A DNA stretch of 63,432 nt, the filler included, from Dimargaris cristalligena (lineage: Eukaryota), in assembly GCA_003614675.1 (NCBI GenBank). It is 5 parts of 5 records of this genome, joined end to end, with 100 filler letters (N's around TTAATTAATTAA, not from the genome) between each part and the next. Parts side by side here need not be neighbours in the genome. Positions count along the whole stretch, not along the records: positions 25,489 to 38,093 come from ML003036.1; positions 38,194 to 50,785 come from ML003037.1; 3 more parts are not named here. The stretch is one strand, 5' to 3'. The notes under the pieces were generated by a model. That model worked only from the letters and a program-made list of their open reading frames with translations, searched no databases and was not told the DNA's origin. Position numbers and translations under genes: made by a program. Shown here piece by piece: positions 25,491 to 39,296 of the stretch (position 1 is the first letter of the stretch; each line of letters starts with the position of its first letter).

Positions 25491-26273
25491 TATCCCCACC
25501 GCCGTGCCTCGGGCGGCGATGGCGGTGACGGTGGCAATGGTGGTAATGGCGGTAACAGCAACGGCCGTGGTAACGGAGGCGACGGTGGTGATGGTGGTAA
25601 CGGCGGTAATGGCGGCAATAGCTTTAACCGTGCCTCTGGTGGCAATGGCGGCGACGGTGGTAATGGTGGTAATGGTGGCAATAGCAACGGCCGCGGTAAT
25701 GGAGGTGACGGTGGTGATGGTGGTAACGGTGGTAATGGAGGTAATAGCTTCAACCGTGCCTCTGGCGGCAACGGCGGTGACGGTGGTAATGGTGGTAATG
25801 GCGGTAACAGCAATGGTCGGGGAAATGGCGGTGACGGCGGTGATGGCGGCAATGGTGGTAATGGTGGAAACAGCTTTAACCGCGCCTCTGGTGGCAACGG
25901 TGGTGACGGTGGTAACGGCGGCAATGGTGGCAATAGCAACGGCCGCGGTAACGGAGGCGACGGTGGTGATGGCGGTAACGGTGGTAATGGTGGCAACAAC
26001 TTTGGTCGTCGCGACGGTGGAAACGGTGGTGACGGTGGTAATGGCGGCAATGGCGGCAATAGCAACGGCCGCGGTAACGGGGGGGACGGTGGTGACGGTG
26101 GCAATGGTGGCAACGGAGGCAATAGCTTCGGCCGCAGCTCTGGCGGTGACGGTGGCGACGGTGGCAACGGCGGTAATGGCGGTAATGGCGGCAATAGCAA
26201 TGGCCGTGGTAACGGTGGTGATGGTGGTGACGGCGGTAATGGCGGCAACGGTGGAAACAGTTTCCGTCGCTAA
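25491..26273 (+). CDS. Gly/Asn/Asp-rich tandem-repeat protein, 5'-truncated by the gap (260 aa visible)
   Basis: Open frame from the gap to TAA at 26271-26273: YPHRRAS, then 12 blocks of (GGD/GGN)5 (one has 6 triplets) separated by SNGRGN / SFNRAS-type linkers, ending SFRR. Variation falls mostly at third codon positions of this frame. Confidence 0.85.
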   Translation, partial: YPHRRASGGDGGDGGNGGNGGNSNGRGNGGDGGDGGNGGNGGNSFNRASGGNGGDGGNGGNGGNSNGRGNGGDGGDGGNGGNGGNSFNRASGGNGGDGGNGGNGGNSNGRGNGGDGGDGGNGGNGGNSFNRASGGNGGDGGNGGNGGNSNGRGNGGDGGDGGNGGNGGNNFGRRDGGNGGDGGNGGNGGNSNGRGNGGDGGDGGNGGNGGNSFGRSSGGDGGDGGNGGNGGNGGNSNGRGNGGDGGDGGNGGNGGNSFRR

Positions 26274-28687
26274 ACTTTCAGCCAAAGGCCTCCCACTACC
26301 CATCGACAGCTCACTCCCCCCTTATGTGCGACATGCCGGGCCTAGTACTGTATTTGACCATGTACAGCATTTTGGTGTCGACCCCTTCAAAACCTTCGGC
26401 CCGTTTTCACTGGGTTTGTCCAGAAACCATCTGTACCGGTTTGTTGATACCCCAGTTCCCATCCGCCAGTTTTAATGAGACACTACTCTTTTATGTATAT
26501 ACCGCGTGTAAGACTTATTTCCCTCTGGTCAATCTAGGTCACTCTGAAATGGTTTTACTTTCTAATCCGGCCTGATTGACTGCTGGCCTTCTTTGGTTTT
26601 ACGCCATAGTCTATTTATCCTCCGCGACCTTACCCTTTATATAACCCTGCTTCGCCTTTTCCAGCGCTGTATAACCTTATATATTTCAGATTTTTATATA
26701 TTTACACATGTTTTTTTTCTTGGTCAACGACTGGACCATACAATCTTAAAACCCCTAAAAATTAGAAAAGCCCAATAAATCCAAAAATATCATGAGCTTT
26801 ATCGATTTCCAGCCTTCCCTTATACTGCATCTCAAGACAATGTATTTTGATTTTTTTAATTATTTTTTTTAATTGTGGTCAGTACGGGTCGTTTCTATTT
26901 TCTTAGGCTATAGATGTACATGTGTATGTTTTCAGCCCGCCCTCAGAGTAGCACGTTAATAGTTAATGGAATGGGTAAGTCGAGCCTTTTAAACCCGGGG
27001 CTGGGAGCGTGACAAATCGCATAGATTTGTTTGAACGTCGCCACCCTTTAATAAATACGGTTTTTATTAAGACTAAGAATTAATCTAAAATTAATAATGG
27101 AGGTTAAAAAGACCCCACTGATAGGCAACACTATAATACCCACGACTGATTCTGGAATATTCCAGTTACAATAAGAACACTATAATGCCTACTTAATTAA
27201 CACAACTACTAGATAAAATCTATAGCTGCCGCTGCCAAGCTGAGCGGGTGGGTTGCCTTTAGATTGGGCGAGGCACGCGCGTTTAAACCAGTATGGTGGG
27301 TGTGTGGGGCGGTGGAGAATAGCACCTTTGAATTACGGTGGACGATAGTGTGAATAGGTTACGTAGGGGCCCCGGGCTGCGCAGTGAAGACTACACGGCC
27401 GAATAGGGAACGGATGAATGGAAGAGGAGATGGCTGCTGCGTCCAGCCAACCATCGACTGCCACCTTGGCCGAGGGGGTCTATAATAGTTTATCCACTTG
27501 TCCGATTGTTTTAGGATTGGCTGGGGTTGGGACTGGTGGTTGGCTGTGCTGCCCAGGGAGCGCTAAATGAATCATGGTCAATAAACCATGCGCACATATC
27601 TATAGGTAGGTTGTATTAGTATCATTTATATTAGTTGCTGTGAGAGAGTAGCAGGATTTATTTATACCTAGACTTACTTGCCAAGACATTAGGGATAGCA
27701 TCCGCAGTGTCTCCCATTTGTATGTCATTTGGCCTGCCCTACTAGAATGGAGGAGAGTAACGAAGGGATTGGGAGAGAGGGCCACATGATCCAAGAATCC
27801 TCTGGCCTTCCCGTCTCTCTTCAACGGCCCTCCCGCTGTAACCAGGGCCCAGCCCATCGCCGAATAACCAATGGTGGGCCCCGGCCCCCTTTTTATCGAA
27901 GGCCGCGTTAATGAGGGGGGCTTACTCGACTCGTTTTGTTCACCACCACCACACTAGCAAAACAGCTGCTAATTCATACTGCCAAGCTATCCTATAAAGG
28001 CAGGTAGGTATGTGCGGCCGAATGGGCTATTCGTTGCGTTGTGTGCATGCGTCCTTTGGCTCATTCTCCACCTTTTAATAATAACCTCCTAGTAATTTAC
28101 GACAACTTGGACAGAAGGCTCTCGGACTCCTCCTCCTTCGAAACCGGCTGTGCCTTCTTTAATCCTTTTATATTTCGTATCTTCATTCTGGGCTGTTATT
28201 ATTATTCGATTTTCTCCAGGTGACCTCGAATACACACCGCTTCAGCTTACCCTTCTGGGCTACAACCGCCGGTGGTCTGCCCACTTGGGCTGCAGGTATT
28301 CTATATAGCTAGCTGCAGGCTATACTTACTTACTTACCTATAATAATACCCCTCTTCCCCTGCTACGCTTCTTTCGCCCAAGCCACAACGACTCTCCCAC
28401 TTCAAGCGCCGCACAGTCCACCCGTTAGCATTGGTGCCACTCTTTCATTCGCCAATCCTATCGCCACATACATCTCCTCCTTCCTTGTCAACAACCCGTT
28501 TCCCATACTTTTTTTCTTGCTAATTTCGTTCAAAGGTCTGGGTGCTACCTGCGTAGAATACTCCGTCCGTTACCTCAGTTTCGTTGGAATTGCTCCATTC
28601 CTCTGAACGGTACTTGCTGCCGTTTGAGAAGCGCTGTGTAGGTGTTATCGAGAGCTACTTGCCATTGGGGTGAATACAAGTCGTCTT

Positions 28688-31600
28688 ATGGACAACTCCG
28701 CTTCACCCAGCCTCTCACCCGATTACCGCCCTCCAGTTGATTTGCCCACCAACAAACCCAGTCCCATGGCCGGTCCTTCTCCACTCGCTTCGACCGCGAC
28801 TGATACCAACCATAACCCAAATAAACCTCTGGTCCCCTTTTACGGTAAGCTCCCTGGTAAAATACCTCCTCTATGAAGTGGTCTGTCGACGCCCTAAGTT
28901 CCGCCCATAGTCAGCCTGGCCCCTTCTGCTCTGCCGGTATCTTAGCCATGAAACGCCCCCCAATCCCCCTAACCATTTCTTTGCTATTTCTATATTCGCC
29001 CCTTAATCACATTGGTCCATTAGGTGCTCCGCATAAGCCCCCGGGCAGCGCCCCGTTCGATGTTCAATCACGAATCAAGCCGGCCCAAGAGCAGGGCCGC
29101 ATCCTGCTGGTGTCCCTCCTGGAGAACTTCTGCATGCTGTACGATCAGAGCCCGCGGCGTAACCGTGAACTATTTTTCATGATTTGCAAGACCCTGTATT
29201 CAATGGGAATCATTGAAGAGGACTACATTGATGAAATGGCCGCCGTGCGCAGTTCCTACATGCACGCCTTTCGCGAATTAGTGCTCCAGGCCATGCGTAG
29301 TATCGACCAGCAAAATAAATTGGATGAATCCCAGTTCTTTTCTCGGTTATCGTCCGCGGATAGCCGGGATGCCCCGTCCGGCGCTGGTGACTTAAGTGCG
29401 TCCCCCCCGAATTCGGCGGTGCCGCTCCGTCGTCCCTCCGATTCCGACAAGGTCGCGGATCCTTTTGCATTCCCGGGTGACCGAGTCACTTCGGGGTCGT
29501 CAAGTAGCACCAATACGCCGATTTCAGGGTCCCGCCGCCCCTCTTGTGCTGGTCCGAATAGCCTTATTCTGTTCAACCGACAGGGTATACCCATTCCGAA
29601 TTCCTCCGACTCCGGACTGCGAAGTTTTTTAGACTACCAGAATAGCCGCTACCGACTCGACTTTATCGAGCTAGAGCGACTAGGTAAAGGTGGTTTCGGT
29701 ACCGTGTATAAGGTAAGTCCCAGGTGGAATCCTCTAGGTTTATCCAGGTAACATCCCCAGTTATAGATATACCCCCCCCCCCATTATCATTCGGTTATTG
29801 CATTTATACACCCATACGGTGTCTTATCCGAAATTATCCCAGACTGATACTCAATTGGTGTATGATAACTGACAATCGCATTCCAGCATTCAATTATTTA
29901 ACCCTATGCCTGTGATCTATTTTCATTTAACCTCCCCCCATCCAGGTAAAAAACCGACTCGATAATCGGGAGTACGCCGTCAAGAAAATCTACCTATTGG
30001 GAGATGATACTCCCCTGGATAAGATCCTTCGCGAGTCCACTAGCCTGGCCCGTCTCGAACACCCCAACATCGTCCGGTATTATTCATCGTGGGTTGAGGT
30101 GGGCCATGCCGACCCGTCTAGCTCGCCAGACGATTCCGGGTTAGACAGTCCATCCGATAGCGACGGCCCCCCAACCCCCACTCCGGACTTCGAGGATTTT
30201 CACCTTAACCAGTCCTTCAGCCGCGACTCCCTTTGGAATGAGTCCCCTTCGTTCGCCGAAGAAGCCGACCCAGTGGTGGTCCGCCAAGCCTCTTACCCCA
30301 AGAATAGCAGCCTGTGTGTCAACGGGTTTGATATTCCCGGTGATGTAAGTGCCCGTTTCTCAACTCTCTCCCGGGCCGGTAGTCAGCAGTCCGCAAATCC
30401 CTCGAACCAAAGTGGTCGCCATCGGCGCCATCGTCGTCGTCGTCGCCGCCACCATCGCGACAGCCATGATCACGACGACAACCGGACCCGTCGCGAAAGC
30501 ATAAATGGTGGTGGTGGTAGCTGCAGTCACCACCCATTGTCCAAGTCTAACCCGCTAACTCATGGGCGGGCCCAATTTTCGTTTGATATCAGTGAAGGGT
30601 CGGCCAGTGACCGGGGGAACCTAAGTGATGGGGATAATTATGACGACGATTCCCTGTCCATCGCATCGGATTCCACCGACGGCATTGATTTCGCCTCCAC
30701 CTCCCACCCCACTTCCCCGGATAAGGCATCTTTCGCGGAGCCCGCCAGCCGACGCCGTAGCACTGGCCCTCCCCCGGCCATTAATATGCCTAATCCCCCC
30801 CGGCGGACGCATACCCGGTCGGATAGCCTGGGGATACCCCCCCACACGTCGGGTTCGGTAGGTGATGGCCTCCTCCCCCCTCTAGAATCGTCGAGTATAG
30901 GTTCCTTCTCATCCAGCGTTCCCCGCTTTAGTCGACTGTCCGTACCCTCGCCTGCTCAGGGCCCTCAAGGCCAATCCGCGAATCGCAATTGTGTCCGCTC
31001 TACCCTAACGCTGCATATTCAAATGCAGCTATGTTCGACGAACCTCGCCGAGTTTCTCAAACGGCGTAACGAGCGCCTGGCGGATCGTTTTCCCGGGGCT
31101 TCCGTGGATGAACTCTTGGCCCAAATCGATACCGTAGGCGTACTCAAATTATTCAAAGGTATCGTAGAGGGAGTAGCCTACCTACATACGCACCACATGA
31201 TCCACCGGGACCTCAAACCCTCTAATATATTTTTGGACGTTTCCCGGTTCGCCGTGCCCTACGGACCCGCCCAGCCGCCCCCGGCCTCGGCCTCGGCCGC
31301 TCATTTGGCGTCGCCTCTCCTAGTTCCGATTAACCAGTGGACCGACGATATGGACGAAGCCAAGTGTACCCCACGCATCGGTGATTTTGGCCTAGTGACC
31401 ACTGCCGAAGCGGCCATTCTCGAACACCATTCGCAGTCGTACCCCGACGATACCGGGTCCCTATCCGCCGGGTCCTTCCTGGAAAACTACCTAAGTACCT
31501 CGGCCAGCGGTCCCCATGCCCACCCCCTTCTATCTAACCAGCCATCCCGACAGACGGGTCCGTCGTCAACGCGCCGTCGTAGAGCATCCCGGGCCGGAAT

Positions 31601-32066
31601 GCTGGGAGGCCCAACCCCCATGACCTCCGGGGTAGGCACCGTTACGTACGCGGCCCCGGAACAGCTCGACGGCATTACCGCCCACTATGACACCAAGGCC
31701 GATATTTTCAGCCTCGGTATCATTTTGTTTGAGCTCCTCTACCCCTTTTCAACGGGTATGGAACGAGTCGTCATTTTAGATAACCTACGGCGCGGTACCC
31801 TGCCCGAACGATTTGTCACCCTGCGGCCCGTGGAAGCCTCCTTCATTCTATGGTTAATGGCAACCCAACCCGAACAGCGACCCACGGCCGAGGAAATCCT
31901 GGCTTTCCAGTTATTTGATACCGCCGAAGCGATGGAGATTAAACTGAAGAAGGAAATCCAACAGCATATTAGGGAAAAGGCCCAGATGCAAACCCATATT
32001 GAGCAATTGCAGGCGCAGGTGGAGGATTTACAAAGTCGTTTAGGAATGACGAACCTCCGTCATTGA
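28688..32066 (+). CDS. eIF2-alpha kinase, HRI-like. Exons 28688-28844, 29024-29712, 29946-32066
   Basis: HRI-type N-terminal LLVSLLENFC helix. SRYRLDFIELERLGKGGFGTVYK|VKNRLDNREYAVKKI, LARLEHPNIVRYYSSWVE, long kinase insert, LHIQMQLC, IHRDLKPSN, IGDFGL, TSGVGTVTYAAPEQ, PFSTGMER, C-terminal coiled coil. Confidence 0.92.
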
Positions 32067-35000
32067 GGAGGGCTGCGTCCGGCGATGTTTTTTTATTTAT
32101 TTAAGCGACTTATTTATATATGGGTGCGGTGTAAGTATTATATATATATATAATTATGTCAAAAAATAATAATTAGTGGGTGGTTTTATAATTTACATAA
32201 TTTTACATTTTAATCAAGGATTTGACTGAGGTATTCTAACCCTCTCGAATATTACTTGATCCTTTTACTCATCGCATACCCGAAACCACCCAACAAAGAT
32301 ACCCCTCCTGCTTACTCGTCCTTTTCTTGTTTCACTTCGCGCCATTCTCTATAACACGACATCCACTGTCGACTGGTAGGACCAATGGTGCTGTAATTTT
32401 ACGTTAATCATTGTGGGGGCATTTATAGCGTTAAGTTATTTTAATGGTGGACGTACCTTACTCTTAAGCAATGCATACCAATACAATAAAGATTTAATAT
32501 TCCCCTTCCCTGTGTTGTTGCTCCGCTTGGGGCATAGGAAACTTTGGATATGGCCCCCATGACTTAGGAGAGGTATTCCAGGCATAAATATTATATAATT
32601 AAGGCTACAGGCTAGAACTCGGGATGTTCATTGGCTAGCCATGACGTAGTTTTATATAACCCCAGTCCGTGGGATCTACAAGACTATAAGCAGAGCAGTA
32701 TAGGTTAGCTTTCAATAGGGATGCAGATAATAGTTTTCCATGTCGGCCCAATGACGTTTAAATGTGGTACAGAATGCCATACGGAAGGATAAATTGAAGT
32801 ACACTTATCGTTATTGGAAACCTTGGAGGGAGACGCAATATGGGCACAATAGGTAATATGCAAGTGAATTAAGGCTTTTAAGGCGACGTATTGGCTGGAG
32901 ATTGTGAAGCTAGGGAGTCAACGACCCTATAACTTCTTTTCTTCTGCCAGTAAACTCTCCGTGCCAGTAAATTGCCCGAATATTAGGCGGATTCTGGACA
33001 ACTGGCCGTTCGCTAGTCGGTGATGTATTGGCATGGGAGAAAAGGCAAGCAACGTCTAGGGGAACCAATGTCTGTATTGAATGATTGTCGAAGACTGGTC
33101 AAGTGTTCCCAAATACCACGGACTGAAGTCACTGTGAGAGGGTGTGTTTAGAGTGAGACTTTTATTCATGTATTTCAAAACAGTGGTTTTTAATAGGCCC
33201 CAAGCAACTGGCTTTTATTTATACAGTGACTGTGGATGATTCTCGCGACTTCACTGGAGAGAAAAAACAACGCCAGTAGTAGCTGTGGCGCTACTTAAGT
33301 TACCGCTAAAAATGCTATTATCCCTCGGATAATGCCAGGTTGAAACCGAACGAGAATTTGGGCATCTAGAGGTGGGGTAGTCCATGTTGTTTAGGTGGGT
33401 CATTTATGGTAAATCGTAGTCTTCCGAAAGATAAAAAATGTTGCTAGGAGGTCTTCCGCAACCCAACTTCGACTCTGGCCTTCTCAAAATTGACCAATAT
33501 TTGGCTCTAATCGATATACCATGGTCCGTTAACGCGGTCTGTATTTGCGCTAACCTCAGTTCTAGGAAACCCTAAACAGATAGTTTGTAAACATCTTCAA
33601 CTCAGGGAGGAAATGTATTCCAACTTCATATCCTACAGGTCGCATTTCTATAAATAACAGATTATAGCGCTACCCTAGCCAGAGCGAGCAGCTATTAGTA
33701 CAGGTATTAGAGCACAGCAACCTCAAAATTAACTATAAGCCGGACCTAGCAGGGCTATAAAAATGTATTAAGTTTCTGGTGGGTGTGCCAGTGTGCGATA
33801 ATAGTAATTATTGCTGATAAGCTTCCCACCGGCGCGTATGCAAAAATGGCTCTGAAAATTGGTGGTAGGCGTGAATCCTTGCTTGCAACCCCTACAGGAG
33901 AGGAGCTGGTTCTTAGGGTAAGCCTTCCGAGACTGTTTACCAATGTCGGCGCGCGGGAATTCCTGATGGCAAAAATCCTTTCTAAAGAACATTTTGTCAA
34001 GCTATACCTTTCTATGCCAACGCACGACTAATGTTTACTAGAAGATGGTGTAGGCCATTGCAGTATTATGTAGAGTATTTCATGATAAGTCGCCGCCCAA
34101 GTTAATATATCACACTGTATTGTTCGTGTATGAGCCAACACCGTGGGATTCTAAGCTGGATCAGGTGGTACTGCTGGCACTTGTACCATAGGCGCCCTCT
34201 ACCGCACGGAAAATTGGCCCGACTGGCTCGGAGGAATTAATGGATTGGCCCGCGAAGCGCAACTACGTTCAAGGTTGGGATTCTTGTTAGATATGCCGCC
34301 ACCCACACTTTCCTTACTTGTGATATAGTATGCTGTCAGTTATATTCTGTAAAACCGACTACCAAATGGTAAGGCTCCATTTAGCGATGAGGCTCCTCTA
34401 AGGGGCTGGCTTAGGAACATCTGCCAAAAATCACGGTATTTGATCCAGTCCAACTGGCCATGTGATAGCTACCCCGCCTGACTCATGCCACCCCAAATAG
34501 GTTCCACCGGAGCCGTCAGTATCCATCTGGTACTATAGTACGGACCATTGTATGACAACGTAACCACTCATAGAAAGAGATACCGACCAGAAAATTATGG
34601 GTTTTGGGGGATCCCGGGTGTTCGGCTGAATAGTGAGTGCCGTTGGTCCGGAAGGGATTACTATATTCAGCGGGAAATTGCCTAGACCATGGCGCTTGGT
34701 TATCCCTGGCTAATATATTATAGGCTGCAAGGCATCCGTCACTTGAGTTCCCATGGATGGCTTATTTGACATCTATGCTAAAGGGCCGCTATTCTGGGAT
34801 GGGGATATATTGAATCACCATTTCCCTGCCGTAAGCTGCTTCCCTATCGCTAGTCGGGAATTTCTTACTGGCTAGAGAACAGGGTCATATCACCTACACT
34901 GAGTTTAATGGTATTGGCATTGCTAAATAAAATCAATCGATCCCTCTGAACTCTTCTTCCACTCCAGTATTCCATAGCCGATTATTCTTTATTCGCTGCT

Positions 35001-38000
35001 GTCGGGCCAACAGCATGTTGGGAGTTCAGCCCGATTATATTACCTCTAACTGTGAATATGGCCTAGGCAGTAGGATTGAAATAATAATCTCGGACCACAC
35101 CACTGGCTATCCGTGACAGGTGCTTTACATCCATACTTTTTCCTATTGTTTTCCCTGTTGTATTTTAGCTGACCCCCCTAATCATTCCTAAATCTTTGCC
35201 CACATCCTGATGTTAGGTTCTTTAACGAACTTATGCACACATCTATTTGCACCACAGTCCTAGCCTGCCATTTCCTTTCTACCCCTTAGTTGCTTGCGAT
35301 TATTCTGGTGCTGGCCTATTGTACCTTTCCCATCGATAAATGCCCCGCATTAGTTAATCTTAGTAAGTTAAGTGCACCTAGTATGCGACGTAATTCTCTC
35401 GACTCTTTCTTAAACTCAATGTCGGTGGACTCATTGTCACCATGGTATGACATCCTCGGCATAGGTTGCCCCTACATAACGAATCCCTCACTCACTTATT
35501 CCGCACTCCTTTGGTTAAGAGTCAGTCAAGACACCCTAACCTAAAGTTATTTTCAACAGATGTTTACTTAACCCGTACAGCAAATTTATTGACTATATTG
35601 CAATGAGAAAAATAAATAAAAACAGTCTGTAAAATCCGCCGAAAAATTATTGTGGGTCTATTCGTAGTTGAGGTCCTTAGTGGTGTGAGAAAAGTAGGGA
35701 GTGCCCTTTCATTCATCTTCATAAAATAATCAGTTGCGATGCTTTATACTGGCAGGTCATACGGCCATAACATTTGGGCGCGGGTAATAGGAATGGTCGC
35801 GGTTACTCCTTGGGTCGAATTGTCCAATTTTCAGTGTATAACAGTGCCGTCAAATTGAATGCCTTGCATAATCTGTAGGCTGTTCTCGGGTGCCCCAATC
35901 AGGGTCACTGGTGTGGTTAACCTATCGATAATGCCTATTCTACTACTATGAACCAGCTAAGCTGGGTTTCTGGCCTACCGTCATTGTAATCCTTTGAACT
36001 GGCTGACCTTGAATATGCTTGCCCGCTTAATAACGAAGACTGTCGGATCGCTTAAGCCAGCCGGTGGGATGGTGGCAAAAGCTGGTTACAAGGTGCCGTC
36101 TGGTTCCGATAAGGCTGCCAAGTAAGTGGCATTGGTGTATTGTCCATTATTAGCCACGCCAGCACAGCATGTGGGCAATCCAATCAGCCGGTTCCAATGA
36201 CCGCGTGGGTTCATATATAGGGAACTAAGGCGGGCATTAAATGCCAATATAGAGAGGCGCCTAGGTGCGTGAGGTGGAATCCTTTTATTTTGGCGAGGTG
36301 GTGGTTATATAATCAATGGGCGCATTATAGGGGCCCTATCTCCGTCCATGCAAGAAGAGTAAAAATAGCCAATTTATTTACCCTTTTACCAAGGTTTGGT
36401 GGTCAATCCAGGTGAATTTTCGGTGTCTATCATATCGACATATTTTTTTTCGCACTCTATGCCACACTGTATACTGGTGAAATTTGAGTAGACGAAACAT
36501 AAGGTATTGTGTTATTGGTTGTCTATGGGGGATGCTCTGTGGGCAGTGTTAAATAAGTCTTGTGTGATCGCGGCGGGGGTCAGCCAATGTCGTCGATTTT
36601 CCGAGGCGGGGTGATGCAACGCGATCGCAGCCCGTCTGGGAAGTCATGTCAATACAGACACCGGCAGTGGGTGGGAACGCCAAGTTGGCCATGGTCGGCG
36701 GTATCAGGTATTGCTCGGCCGCCATACTTCGGGCCGGCTGACATTAATGTTGGAGAAGTAGATTGGCTTTGGCCACTGGATGGGGGAGTCGGTGACTGTG
36801 TTGGTGGTGGTATTACAGCTCGCGGGTCCACTACGGATATACGCGAGAGCAATGCCTACAGCTCATTACGAATATTTCTTACCATTACCGGCTGCTCCAT
36901 TGCTATTTAGAATGTTAGGGTGCCACTGGGAACGGCCATTCAAATCACATCGGGGTAAGCCTATAGAGACGAGTATGGGCGTGGTGGTGGTCTAATCAGC
37001 GCTCCCGACTTTCCCACCCCACTCTGACATCAGCCATTCGAAAGAAAGGGATTTTAAGCTGGATCGGCCCAGCGTGGCAGGTCAACGAGGTGGGGGGAAT
37101 GATGAAACCCGGCCATTACCAATCCGCTGCAATGACGAGCACCGCGGAGTGGGGCATGCATGCGACTATGCAAGCCGTGCGCGGGGATACCAACCTCATC
37201 TTTCGGGGTTGGGGACTGTGCAGTTGGGCCGGCTACTTTGTCTAGCAACGGCCCACTTTGGCCAACGCCTCCCTCTCTAGCTCAGCAGGGATGGGGAAGG
37301 GGCGTCATAGTAGAGAGCAGCAGGGTCCATAATGACGCGCTTCCGTGGTCATGGCTAGTAGGGGCCACCATGGGTACTATTAAAGAACAGGTGCCAAGAA
37401 CGGGGGAGAGGGGGCAAATATGGATCGGGGGGGTTTCAAATTACACGCCGATTCACTTGGCCGGTCCCGTCTCTTTGGGTTGACCGATCACTTTAAAATA
37501 GGCCGTCGTCGCGGCGCTGGGCGACCCCCAACACTAACTATCGTTTGGGCTTTTTCTTACTAGCCATTAATTTGTGCTCCCAATCCCAGTCCCTTCTCAG
37601 GTATATATATTTTACACTTGGTCTAATCAGCTCAGGGAATTGCGGCTGATCCTTCGGCCCACTATTAGTCTCAGTTAAACTCGCCATTGTGCTTTGGGCC
37701 AAGCTTCGTCTGTATAATTCGACACCCGCGACAGCGTCCGCTGTACAGCCATAGTCTGTCTGACGATTTCCACTGTCGCCTTCCAGCGGAAAGCCACCTC
37801 CCCCTGCTGGCCGGCTCCCCCGTTCACACTCCTCTTCCCCTTGGTAAGGTGGTTTGGACCGGCTGCTGACTCTGAGCCCCCCCCCAACTCGGACTCTCCC
37901 CCCTATAACTATCCCCCTCCTTCCACTCCCTTTAATCCCTTTCTCCCTAATAGTGTTACCTCTATACCTTTAGTTCTAGTCTCCTCTATTCTTCCAGTGC

Positions 38001-38747
38001 CTTCTTTTATATATTTCATTTTCTACACGACTCCGTTGTCTTCAACTGCCTGTCCTCGCTGGTTCTCGTATTCCCCGCCCGACTCCGACCTTANNNNNNN
38101 NNNNNNNNNNNNNNNNNNNNNNNNNNNNNNNNNNNNNTTAATTAATTAANNNNNNNNNNNNNNNNNNNNNNNNNNNNNNNNNNNNNNNNNNNNGAGAGGC
38201 TGTTCTTCAGGATGGTTGATGCTATACACCCTTCTGGTAAATTAGGGGTCAAGTGTGCCAACTGTGCTGCCATAGGCAGTTGGGCAGAGGCTATATAAGC
38301 ACTAGTACCTGTTACTAATCTAAGAAGTGGCCATACTTTGGATGGATTCAAGATCCCTGGATGATTGATAAGTCATTTCCATGGGAACAGTCCAGGGCTG
38401 AGAGAGTTATTTTATTTCCTTATACTTGCTGATTCTCTTTTCCTTCAGCTTTCCAAATCATACTTCCATTTATTAGAAATATAAATATGATAGTAAATAC
38501 AAGTACCTTCAATTGCAACTATAAAGATTTTAAAGAAGAGAGAAAGAACCACAAGGGGCAAGGCTAGATGCCCACAGTTAGTTTTATTGAATTAGATAAT
38601 AGCAGTAATAATGATTAGGACAAAGTCCCAGGTATAGAATGATATAGTAACAGCTAGAATATAGTCCTGAGTATAGAACAATCCAATCACAGAGATGGAA
38701 TCAGTGGGACAGGGGAATGAATTTCCAACACCATTTACTTTTCCATC

Positions 38748-39296
38748 TGTTACCCAAGTTAACCACTCTTAGTCCATCAAGAGTCTCGGGGGTAAGCTTC
38801 TAACAATAGGCAGGGCTTAGACTTGGCTAAGTGGGCTATTAGCATTAGGGTGGGAGTAGTACTAACTAATAAAAGATATGTGCAGGCTTAATGCAAGGGA
38901 TGTGCAGTAGGCACACTTACTGGTTAATACAGTGGGTGAGCATATAAAGAGTTTATTAGGAGTAAACTATGGGGGTAAGAAAATTAACTGACTTGCTAAC
39001 TGGTCCCAGAGGGGCCTGGCTATTTATACACAGGGACTGCTCATAACAAGAGGTCCCAAGGAGAATACAATAGGACTAATTATAAGTAGGGAAGGAGGCT
39101 GGCTGGGTGGCCTTACTTCTAGAAGACTTTCATGGGAACTAGGGGTTGTTAGATTAGCTGGCAGAGTGTCACATGTGAAGTGTTGAGGCCAGTCCTAGGA
39201 TGTTAGATGGTAAAGGAGGGCAGTATGGTGCTATAAGGTAGGATAGAATGGGACAATTGGTACTCCCATATTTAGGTGGAATTAGGAGGGCTGACA
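38748..39296 (-). mobile_element. Solo LTR, family A copy 2 (more diverged)
   Basis: TGTTAC...TGACA termini. First ~300 bp align with 11812-12392. Flanks CCATC and CTGTC fit a mutated 5-bp TSD. Confidence 0.8.

Noticed and set aside
25437-26475. ORF-track proteins in the MAVTV-, PPLPP- and TAITT-rich frames
   Set aside because: Shadow frames of the GGN/GGD repeat. Nucleotide variation is synonymous mainly in the Gly frame.
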